From Candidatus Micrarchaeota archaeon (GTDB taxonomy: Archaea; Micrarchaeota; Micrarchaeia; Anstonellales; Bilamarchaeaceae), in assembly GCA_018812715.1 (NCBI GenBank), contig JAHJCT010000024.1:7015-71014 (forward strand): DNA of 64,000 nt, given 5' to 3'. Position numbers and translations under genes: made by a program. Positions within the stretch are counted from its first letter, which is position 1, and every line of letters begins with the position of its first letter. Shown here one piece after another: positions 48,209-56,653 of the stretch. A model generated the notes under the pieces. That model did no database searches. It had not been told where the DNA came from and saw only the letters and a list, made by a program, of their open reading frames with translations.

Positions 48209-49018
48209 ATGGACATTTGGGTTGTAAAGGAAAATGGAGAAAAGGAAAAGTTCGATGTAAAGAAAGTAAAACGAGCATTGCGAAGAAGCGGCCTTAGTAA
48301 TAAAGAAGCCGAAGAAATTCTAAAAGAGCTAAGCCCAAAATTATACGACGGCATGAGTACGAAGAAGATATATGCTACTGTTTATGGCATTGTAAGAGAT
48401 CTAAGGCCAGAAGTAACACATAAATACAATCTGAAAAGGGCCCTTCAAATGTTAGGTCCAGCTGGATACGAATTTGAAGATTTTATTGCAAAATTACTTT
48501 CTTTGAAAGGTTATAATATAGGATTAAGACAGCAAATTCAGGGAAAGTGCGTAAACCATGAGATTGATGTAACAGCATCAAAAGATCATGAAAATTATCT
48601 AATTGAATGTAAATTTCATAATGAACCTGGAACCAAATGCAGAATACAAACAGCGCTTTATGTATATGCAAGGTATCTTGATATAAATGCGGGAAGAGAA
48701 AGGAAATTCACAAAGCCATGGTTAATTACAAATACAAAATTCTCAGAAGATGTTGTTTCTTATTGTGAATGTATGGATCTACCTTTACTTGGATGGAGAT
48801 ACCCGCTCAAAGAAGGCCTTGAAGCATTGATTGACAAAACGAAATGCTATCCAGTGAGTGTTATAGATATGAACCCGCATACACTCAGAAAATTATTGAC
48901 AAGAAAGATAGTAACTGTTATGGATATACCAACTGACGCACACAAACTTGCCGATATGGTTCAGATATCATTACCAAGCGCCAAAAAAATAATAGAAAAG
49001 GCAGAGTATGCAAAATGA
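48209..49018 (+). CDS. ATP-cone domain fused to a Mrr-cat (PD-(D/E)xK) restriction-endonuclease-like domain.
   Basis: ATP-cone VVKENGEKEKFDVKKVKRALRRSG. Mrr_cat-like FEDFIAKLLSLKGYN...HEIDVTAS...LIECKFH. Confidence 0.65.
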   Translation: MDIWVVKENGEKEKFDVKKVKRALRRSGLSNKEAEEILKELSPKLYDGMSTKKIYATVYGIVRDLRPEVTHKYNLKRALQMLGPAGYEFEDFIAKLLSLKGYNIGLRQQIQGKCVNHEIDVTASKDHENYLIECKFHNEPGTKCRIQTALYVYARYLDINAGRERKFTKPWLITNTKFSEDVVSYCECMDLPLLGWRYPLKEGLEALIDKTKCYPVSVIDMNPHTLRKLLTRKIVTVMDIPTDAHKLADMVQISLPSAKKIIEKAEYAK

Positions 49019-49731
49019 AAAGGCTAGTTGAGGTGGATACCCTAAGAGGTATTGCCATAGTGTTGATGGTTATTTATCATATTTTCTTTGATTTGAGCTA
49101 TTTTAGATTGGTAGATATAAATCTGTATGAACTTGGATGGCAGTTATTTCAGCGCAATATAGGAACGCTGTTTATTCTTATTGTTGGCATTTCCCTTACA
49201 TTGAGTGAGAACCGTAATAAAGAAGGGTATAAAAGACACGCAAAGAGAGGATTGAAACTTGCTGGAATTGCATTGCTGATAACAGTTGCAACCTGGATTT
49301 ATCCTCATGAAGGATTCATCATGTTTGGTATAATTCATTTGATAGCATTGAGCACTTTTATTGCCCCGTTTTTCTTTAAATTTGGAAAGTGGAATTTGGT
49401 ATTGGGTCTGCTGATCATTCTTCTTGGTTTTTATGTAGGTACATTAGTTACAAATTCACATTACTTATTCTGGCTTGGAATAGTTTATCCAGGATATATG
49501 CAATTAGACCATTATTCGTTAATTCCATGGTTTGGTGTTGTTTTGGTAGGCATGTACATAGGAAACAAACTCTTTCCGGGAGGTAAAAGTAAATTGAAAT
49601 TGCCAACAAATGAGAACCTTGCTTTTCTAGGGAGGAATGCATTGTTAATTTATGTTATTCATCAACCAATATTGATTGGTGTTATTATGGCCAGCATACA
49701 CCTTCGTAGTTTTTTCCACGTTTTGCTTTAG
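49015..49731 (+). CDS. DUF1624/HGSNAT-like acyltransferase-type membrane protein.
   Basis: N-terminus RLVEVDTLRGIAIVLMVIYHIFFD typical of this family. Confidence 0.5.
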   Translation: MKRLVEVDTLRGIAIVLMVIYHIFFDLSYFRLVDINLYELGWQLFQRNIGTLFILIVGISLTLSENRNKEGYKRHAKRGLKLAGIALLITVATWIYPHEGFIMFGIIHLIALSTFIAPFFFKFGKWNLVLGLLIILLGFYVGTLVTNSHYLFWLGIVYPGYMQLDHYSLIPWFGVVLVGMYIGNKLFPGGKSKLKLPTNENLAFLGRNALLIYVIHQPILIGVIMASIHLRSFFHVLL

Positions 49732-50959
49732 GTATTACATTACGTCCATCCAAAATTATTTTATCCCTATAATCTAGGTCTGAAAATTCTTCCCAATCAG
49801 CCAGGATTACAACAGCTTCGCTTTTGTCAATAAGTTCTTGTGCAGTTTCACAATATGAGATTTCAGAGAATACAGATTTCATTTTTTCTGTTGCTTTTGG
49901 GTCATATGCAAAAATTGTAGCATTTCTTCTTTTCAGTTCAATAATGATAGGGACAGAACGGGAATTTCTTATATCATCAGTGCCACGTTTAAATGAAAGA
50001 CCTAAAATACCGATTTTACGTCTTTCTAAAGGTCCTAATTTGTTTTCAAGATTATTTACCATGCGAATGGGCAATGAATCATTTACGCTTATAGTAGACT
50101 CAAGGAGAATTGAAGGGCTATTCTCTTTATGGGCTACGGCAAGAAGAGCTCTCATATCTTTTTCTAGACAGCTTCCACCAAAACCACATCCGGCCTTTAG
50201 GGGAAAATTACCTGGACCAACTCTTAGATCCAATGCTTGACTTATTTCATTTATATCTACATCGAATTCTTTTGCAATAAGTCCCATTTCATTGATAAAG
50301 GAAATTTTAGTTGCAGAGAGGCAGTTGTTCACATATTTCGCCATCTCAGCTGTTTTAGTTGAAAGAAGGATAATTGGCCTTTCGAGAGGTTCATAAAGTT
50401 GTTTGAGCGTCTTAGCATCTTCTTCATTCTCAGAACCAATGATGACTTTATTATGATTAAGAAAATCTTGGATGGCATCTCCTTGGCGGAGAAATTCTGG
50501 ATTGGCAATTACTCCGAAATCTTGGGGGTATTTTTTGGAGCTTAATTCTTCAAGTTTTTTAGTAAATGCAATGGTAGTTCCAGGAATCACAGTTGATCTG
50601 ATTACAATAATTTTTCTAGAAGAGGAAGATTTTATTAAAGGAGCTAATTCTTCACATACAGAGTATAGCTGGCTAAGGTCGATGCCATTTTCCTTGCAAG
50701 GAGTTGCAACACAGATGAAGATTATTTCAGCTTTCTCAAATCCTTCAGATAGATTATAGACTGGAGTTAGATTATTTGAGCTAATTGCTTTATCAAGATT
50801 AGAAGCTAGATTTTCTTCAAAGAATGGAGTTTCAGATGCTTTTAATTTGTCAAGTTTTTCTTTAATTTTATCATATACATAGACTCGATTGCCATTATTA
50901 GCAAAACAGATGGCTGTGATCAAACCTGCATAGCCAGCTCCAATTACCAGAAGATTCAT
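49685..50959 (-). CDS. Nucleotide-sugar 6-dehydrogenase (UDP-glucose/UDP-ManNAc dehydrogenase family).
   Basis: Rossmann segment LLVIGAGYAG, a catalytic Cys region, and GLSFKRGTDDIRNS. Confidence 0.85.
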   Translation of the reverse strand: MNLLVIGAGYAGLITAICFANNGNRVYVYDKIKEKLDKLKASETPFFEENLASNLDKAISSNNLTPVYNLSEGFEKAEIIFICVATPCKENGIDLSQLYSVCEELAPLIKSSSSRKIIVIRSTVIPGTTIAFTKKLEELSSKKYPQDFGVIANPEFLRQGDAIQDFLNHNKVIIGSENEEDAKTLKQLYEPLERPIILLSTKTAEMAKYVNNCLSATKISFINEMGLIAKEFDVDINEISQALDLRVGPGNFPLKAGCGFGGSCLEKDMRALLAVAHKENSPSILLESTISVNDSLPIRMVNNLENKLGPLERRKIGILGLSFKRGTDDIRNSRSVPIIIELKRRNATIFAYDPKATEKMKSVFSEISYCETAQELIDKSEAVVILADWEEFSDLDYRDKIILDGRNVIPKAKRGKNYEGVCWP

Positions 50960-51010
50960 AATAAAATCATCTATAAAGTGATTTTAAAGCTTGGTAAGAA
51001 ATAATTCAAT

Positions 51011-51766
51011 ATGAATGAGCTTACAACAAAAAAGTACTGGGAAGAAACCTGGAAAGGATTCAAGCCCAGAAAAATTGAGAAAAATTATATTTTTTTCGAT
51101 CTTCTGAAGAAATACCTCCCCACAAACTCGACAATGAAATGTCTTGAAATAGGTTGTGCACCAGGTAGATTTCTTGTAGCTTTTCATAAAAATTTTGAAT
51201 ACGAATTAAATGGCATTGACATGTGTGGAATAGAAGTAACTAAGAAAAATCTTGAATTCAACGGAATTAAAAATTATAATTTGTATGAAACGGATTTCTT
51301 AAAATGGCAAACAAAAAAGAAATTTGATGTTGTGTCTTCATTTGGATATATAGAACATTTCAAAGATCCAACGAGTCATCTAAAGAAAATGATCGAGTTG
51401 GTAGCAAAGGGGGGCTATCTTGTTGTCGAAATTCCAAGTTTTAGGTATATAAATTCCGTTACACGTTCGTTATTTTCCCATGATAATGGAAATTGGAAAA
51501 AAATACATAACCTTAGGATAATGGATACTGAATTTTGGAAGAATAGGTGTGAAGAGTTCGGTTTAAAGACAGTTTACCTCGGCCATTACAAATTCTTTTC
51601 ATATTGGCATGAGAGCAAAAATAAATTAGCGAGGGGTTTGAACATTCCACTAGTTGGTACAAGTTTGGTACTAAATAAAATTACTGATGCTCTTAATTTG
51701 AATATTGTTTTGGCAAACAAATATAGTTCACCATTCATAGTTCTCATAGCTAAAAAGAATTCATAA
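51011..51766 (+). CDS. Class I SAM-dependent methyltransferase.
   Basis: Motif I LEIGCAPGRF. Confidence 0.65.
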   Translation: MNELTTKKYWEETWKGFKPRKIEKNYIFFDLLKKYLPTNSTMKCLEIGCAPGRFLVAFHKNFEYELNGIDMCGIEVTKKNLEFNGIKNYNLYETDFLKWQTKKKFDVVSSFGYIEHFKDPTSHLKKMIELVAKGGYLVVEIPSFRYINSVTRSLFSHDNGNWKKIHNLRIMDTEFWKNRCEEFGLKTVYLGHYKFFSYWHESKNKLARGLNIPLVGTSLVLNKITDALNLNIVLANKYSSPFIVLIAKKNS

Positions 51767-51800
51767 GACCTGTTCTGCCACATATTACAAAAAACCAGTA

Positions 51801-52940
51801 TCATTTTTCATTAGTTAATTGAATGAAAAGCTTTTCATAGCTATCAATCATTTTTTCTTCTGAAAATTCACTTTCAGCTCTTTGTTGTGCTTTCTTTCCA
51901 TATTCTTTTCTGAGTTTTGGATCATTCATGAGTTTTACAATAGCTTCTGTCAAGCCTTTTTGATCTGTTGGGGATATCAAAATCCCACAGTCACCAAGTA
52001 GCTCTTTTGTTCCTCCAACATCACTAGCTACTATTGATAGGCCCGCACACATTGCTTCAAGAACAGCACCTGGAAGGGCATCAGTAAGAGAAGGATGAAC
52101 AAAAATATCAAAAGCTGCTAATGTGTCTGGAATGTCTTTTCCATAACCTAAGAAGAGGATATTTTCCTCTAGCCCAAGTTCTTTAACGAGTTTTTGGAGT
52201 TTTTTCTTGTAAAAATTTGAAGGAGGGCCACCGACAATAACGAACTTAAGATTTTTTCTTAGTTTGAGAAGCTCAGGAAGTACACGAATAACAGCTTCAT
52301 GATTTTTTATTGGATCCAAACGGCTGATTATCCCAAGAACAAATTCATTTCCGTTAAGACCTAACTTTATTTTAGCTTGTTTTTTGTTGAGATTAGACTT
52401 ATAATTACTAATATTTTTCCCATTGGGGATGTATATTATTTTTTCTGATGGGACATTTGAGGCTTTTAATTCATCATTGCCTTCTTTGAAGATAGTTACA
52501 ATTTTATCACAAAGGAAATAATTTATAGGTGCTATAAAATGAGAAATTATGGGAAGGTATCGTTTCTGATTGTTCTTTCTTAAAACAACTTTTTTCTTAA
52601 GTATTTTTCCGATTAACGTCACTATGAATTTGTCATCGGTATTATGATAAACATATAATATATCCGGATTTTCTCTTAGGGTAGTTAGTAACAAAAATGG
52701 AAATTGGTATACATCTAGCAAAGCTCTGAGGGGGTAACAATCACTTCTCGGTAAATTTAAAGTGATTAATCTTTGGACATTAGTAGAAAGAAGATCAAGC
52801 CTATTTGAAATAATGCATCCAATATGCTCCATTTCTGTTTTTTTCTGTAGTCCTCCTAGAGTAGTTAGGAACATTTTTTCTGATCCCCCAACCATTAAGG
52901 AACCAATTACATGCAGTACCTTAATTTTCTTTTTCATCAA
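51801..52940 (-). CDS. GT4-family glycosyltransferase.
   Basis: C-terminal domain DALPGAVLEAMCAGLSIVASDVGGTKELL. Confidence 0.8.
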   Translation of the reverse strand: MMKKKIKVLHVIGSLMVGGSEKMFLTTLGGLQKKTEMEHIGCIISNRLDLLSTNVQRLITLNLPRSDCYPLRALLDVYQFPFLLLTTLRENPDILYVYHNTDDKFIVTLIGKILKKKVVLRKNNQKRYLPIISHFIAPINYFLCDKIVTIFKEGNDELKASNVPSEKIIYIPNGKNISNYKSNLNKKQAKIKLGLNGNEFVLGIISRLDPIKNHEAVIRVLPELLKLRKNLKFVIVGGPPSNFYKKKLQKLVKELGLEENILFLGYGKDIPDTLAAFDIFVHPSLTDALPGAVLEAMCAGLSIVASDVGGTKELLGDCGILISPTDQKGLTEAIVKLMNDPKLRKEYGKKAQQRAESEFSEEKMIDSYEKLFIQLTNEK

Positions 52941-53570
52941 ATATTACTGAAATTGAAAACTTTTATATTGTATATGTCATTTGTTTAAATGCAAAAAAAG
53001 CTTTTCATAATTATTAATCATTTTTTCTTCTGAAAATTCTATTTCAGCTCTTTGTTGTGCTTTCTTCCCATATTCTTTTCTGAGTTTTGGATCATTCATT
53101 AGTTTTACAATAGCTTCTGTCAAGCCTTTTTGATCTGTTGGGGATATCAAAATGCCAGTATCGCCAAGAAGTTCTTTTGTACCTCCAACATCACTAGCTA
53201 CTATAGGTAGGCCAGCACACATTGCTTCAAGAACAGCACCAGGTTGTCCTTCAGAAAATGATGGATGGGCAAAAATATCGAAAGCTGCCAATATATCTGC
53301 TATTTCCTCCCTATGACCTAAGAATAAAACATTTTTCTCTAAATTAAGTTCTTTAACAAGTTTTTGAAGTTTTTTCTTGTAAAAATCTGATGGGGAACCA
53401 CCAACAATGACAAACTTAAGATTTTTTCTTATTTTGAGAAGCTCAGGAAGTACACGAATGACAGCTTCATGATTTTTTATTGGGTCCAAACGACTTATTA
53501 ATCCGATAACAAATTCATTTCCTTTAAGACCTAACTTTATTTTAGCTTGTTTTTTGCTAATAAGACTTGA
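51805..53570. repeat. Tandem direct repeat of about 600 nt with roughly 90% identity. It covers the 3' halves of the two GT4 genes, about 51805-52395 and 52982-53570.
   Basis: Long stretches of identical nucleotides, for example ttttcttctgaaaattc...tttctgagttttggatcattcat...gcttctgtcaagcctttttgatctgttggggatatcaaaat in both copies. Confidence 0.75.
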
Positions 53571-54248
53571 GTATTTCAACGTGTTCCGGCTATTTGGTAT
53601 ATGGACTATTTTTTCTGGAGAAACGCCAATATTTTTAAGTTCATCAGCACCGCGATAAAAGATGGTTATGATATTATCAGCAAGAAAATAGGCGATACGA
53701 GTACCGACCTTATGAAAAAAAGGAAATGATTTATCTTCTCCATAATAACAAACAACAACTTTTTTTCGCAAAAGTTTTCCGATAATAGATGCAATGGGTA
53801 ATTGCCCCAAACTATGGGATGCGTATACAATATCAGGATTCTCTTCTTTAACAATCTGTAGCAGTGTTAGAAATTCATAAGGTTTTATTAATGTCATAAA
53901 AAGATAAGAGTAACGATATGGCAGATTAGGGGTTACCATTGTTATGTTATTTGAGATGGAGGAATCAGATTGGCTCGATGGATTAGACAACATGCAATTA
54001 AATTTTTGTTGGTTTATCATGGCTAAAGATAAATTATAAGAGCTATAAGGAACTTTGACAATAGCAGTTTTTTTTTTAGGAGAAAAGTACTTTTTAATAT
54101 TTAAACGGTCGAATAGAACACAACCAACATTTTCAGTCATTCCACTATTTTGAAGACCATTAATAGTAGAAAAAAATATATCTTGTACACCACCGCAACC
54201 AAAATACTGTATTATGTGTAATATTTTAGTTTTCTTTTTCATTGACAT
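52977..54248 (-). CDS. GT4-family glycosyltransferase. It is a paralogue of 51801-52940, with a near-identical C-terminal domain.
   Basis: EGQPGAVLEAMCAGLPIVASDVGGTKELL. The C-terminal roughly 190 aa are almost identical to the neighbouring gene. Confidence 0.8.
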   Translation of the reverse strand: MSMKKKTKILHIIQYFGCGGVQDIFFSTINGLQNSGMTENVGCVLFDRLNIKKYFSPKKKTAIVKVPYSSYNLSLAMINQQKFNCMLSNPSSQSDSSISNNITMVTPNLPYRYSYLFMTLIKPYEFLTLLQIVKEENPDIVYASHSLGQLPIASIIGKLLRKKVVVCYYGEDKSFPFFHKVGTRIAYFLADNIITIFYRGADELKNIGVSPEKIVHIPNSRNTLKYSSLISKKQAKIKLGLKGNEFVIGLISRLDPIKNHEAVIRVLPELLKIRKNLKFVIVGGSPSDFYKKKLQKLVKELNLEKNVLFLGHREEIADILAAFDIFAHPSFSEGQPGAVLEAMCAGLPIVASDVGGTKELLGDTGILISPTDQKGLTEAIVKLMNDPKLRKEYGKKAQQRAEIEFSEEKMINNYEKLFLHLNK

Positions 54249-54272
54249 CTCCTATGGATGAAACATTTTAAT

Positions 54273-55391
54273 TTATGATTCTGATTTTTTAGTTATTGTT
54301 TCTTTGGCCTTTTCCTCAAATCTCTTTAGAAAACGTTCCCAGGTGAAATATTTTTTAACTTTCTTTTTGCCTGCTTTGCCCATTTTTTCACAAATATCAG
54401 GGTTTTTAGCAAGCCATTCCATTCTCTGGGCCATTTCCTGGGGACTATTCACAAGAAAACCATCTACACCATCTGAAACTGTCTCTTTTGGTCCGCCTTC
54501 GTTGCGTGCTATAACAGGTTTTGAGGATGCCATTGCCTCAAGAGGCACAATGCCAAAATCCTCTTCTATTGGACTAAAAACTGTAGCATAGCATCTTGAA
54601 TAAAGATCATAAAGACGCTCATCTGAGACATTAGTTTCTATAATGAATGAGTCGTCACATAAAGATTTAACTTTCTCAAAATACGGCTTATGTATATCTG
54701 CTACAAAACCGGCAATAACAAGTTTCCAGCCTTTGTTTTTCGAGGAAAAAAGTTTGAATGCTTTTATAGCATATTCAAAATCTTTTTCAGGAGCTAATCT
54801 AGACGGATAAAGAAAAAACTGTTCATAATCTCTACATGAAAATTTTTGTGAATCTACACCTATATGAATGATTTCAGCGTCTCTGTTCAGATATTTCTTA
54901 ATACGCTTTTGGGCAACATTGCTAATTGTCAGGATTTCTTCTATTTTTGGAACTGTTTGAGATTCAAGATGTTTAAAGAATTTAATCCAGACCAGGAAAG
55001 GTATTTTATACGCAAGGCTTTGCTGTTTTAAATGCCATTCATATAGATCAAAGGCCAGACGGTGAGGAGAATAGCAATACCAAAGGACAGGAGAATTACG
55101 GTGCCTTACAAATTCGGAAAGAGGGCCATGTGGATTGACTAAATCATAATCTTCAAGTTTCATATTGTAAAAATAATTAGTTGTTTCTAGCGTACTGAGA
55201 ACTTTGTGACGTATAGGAATATTGCTTGGTTTGAGAGTTGTTATATGCAAATTTCTATATTCATCAAAAGTATTTTCAGGATCATAATAAGGACAATAGA
55301 TGTGGGCATCAAAATGTTTGGCTATTTCAAGGACAACTCTCTCAATGCCACCACAAACAGTTAAATTAGAATTTACTATTGCTAATTTCAC
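54273..55391 (-). CDS. GT4-family glycosyltransferase.
   Basis: Starts MKLAIVNSNLTVCGGIERVV. Has the GT4 C-terminal motif. Confidence 0.7.
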   Translation of the reverse strand: MKLAIVNSNLTVCGGIERVVLEIAKHFDAHIYCPYYDPENTFDEYRNLHITTLKPSNIPIRHKVLSTLETTNYFYNMKLEDYDLVNPHGPLSEFVRHRNSPVLWYCYSPHRLAFDLYEWHLKQQSLAYKIPFLVWIKFFKHLESQTVPKIEEILTISNVAQKRIKKYLNRDAEIIHIGVDSQKFSCRDYEQFFLYPSRLAPEKDFEYAIKAFKLFSSKNKGWKLVIAGFVADIHKPYFEKVKSLCDDSFIIETNVSDERLYDLYSRCYATVFSPIEEDFGIVPLEAMASSKPVIARNEGGPKETVSDGVDGFLVNSPQEMAQRMEWLAKNPDICEKMGKAGKKKVKKYFTWERFLKRFEEKAKETITKKSES

Positions 55392-55436
55392 TTAATAACA
55401 CCAAAAATAATAAAAGAAGAATAAAATAAAAAGAGA

Positions 55437-56609
55437 TTATTTCTTGCCTTTTTGTCCTCGTCTTAGATATAATACTACTATTATACCAAGTAAAAGCAAT
55501 AATATCAGTATGAGTGCAAGGCCGCCACCTTCATCTTCAGCAACAGTTGGTTTGCCTTCATCAGTTGGAGTGGATTTAGGAATGGCATTAATTACAGTCG
55601 CTGCGAGCTCTTTACCATTTTCTAAAAGCACTATTGTGTAGGGGCCTTCCATTGTAAGAGGAAGAACAAAGCCTCCATTTTCATCTGTTTTGCCAGTCCA
55701 TTTCTGACCAGTTGGATCAGTGACTTCTACATCACAGTTTGCACAAACTTCGTCACCTTTCTTTCCAGTGAATTCGGCATCATCACCAACAAAACCATTG
55801 TCTGGACCTTCCATGCTGCTTTCAACACATTCATAGTTTACGCAAATGAAACCTTCTGGACATTCTTGACAATTTGGATCATCTCCGCATTCATATGGAA
55901 CCAAGACATGATCAACAACTTCACCACAACCAGTTACAGGCATACAAAGGCCGCTAGCTGCCCCAACAGGAATGTCACAATATTCTGTAGGCTCACAATC
56001 ACCATCAGAAGTACAGCCTTGTGGTTCAGTACATTCATGGTTTTGGCAAACTTGACCTTGAGGACAGTCTGAATTTGCACAACATTCATACTCAGCACAT
56101 TGATGGCTGCTTACCACGCCACAATCGCAGGGAACATTTACACATTGACCATCATCACATTGTTGATTGTCAGGACAATCATCATCATTATCACATTCTG
56201 GTTCTTCACATTGACCACAATCAATTAATGTTTCAAAGGTATGGGCTGAATGATAACCAGAATGGCTTGCATAGACATCTACTTGCCTATCACATGCAAA
56301 GCCAAAATGAACTTCTCCTTTAGAGTCAGTATAACCATGGAATAATGTAGGAATGCCAACAGTAACTTCTGCACCGCTGACAGCAGCCCCTTGATCAGTA
56401 GTTACTGTTACAGTAACACCTTCACAATCTGATTCAAGATCTATGTTTAGATCAGGGTCTGCTTGATGACCGCCATCATCATCGCCATCATAACCATCGT
56501 ATCCATCATATCCAGGTAATTGTGGGAATTGTGCATACATCGTAGCAGAAAATGCTAATGGACATGATAATACCATCAAAGCCAATATAACCAATATTCT
56601 TGAGGACAT
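55437..56609 (-). CDS. Secreted Cys-rich repeat surface protein. It has transthyretin/CarboxypepD_reg-like beta-sandwich domains and a C-terminal TM anchor.
   Basis: Signal peptide. YDGYDGYDG linker. Repeated C..D.DCP.(G/N)Q.C....C modules. C-terminal GLALILILLLLLGIIVVLYLRRGQKGKK. Confidence 0.55.
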   Translation of the reverse strand: MSSRILVILALMVLSCPLAFSATMYAQFPQLPGYDGYDGYDGDDDGGHQADPDLNIDLESDCEGVTVTVTTDQGAAVSGAEVTVGIPTLFHGYTDSKGEVHFGFACDRQVDVYASHSGYHSAHTFETLIDCGQCEEPECDNDDDCPDNQQCDDGQCVNVPCDCGVVSSHQCAEYECCANSDCPQGQVCQNHECTEPQGCTSDGDCEPTEYCDIPVGAASGLCMPVTGCGEVVDHVLVPYECGDDPNCQECPEGFICVNYECVESSMEGPDNGFVGDDAEFTGKKGDEVCANCDVEVTDPTGQKWTGKTDENGGFVLPLTMEGPYTIVLLENGKELAATVINAIPKSTPTDEGKPTVAEDEGGGLALILILLLLLGIIVVLYLRRGQKGKK

Positions 56610-56653
56610 AGATATGGCTTAAAGATAAGAAATTTAAAAATCTTTGTATGTTG

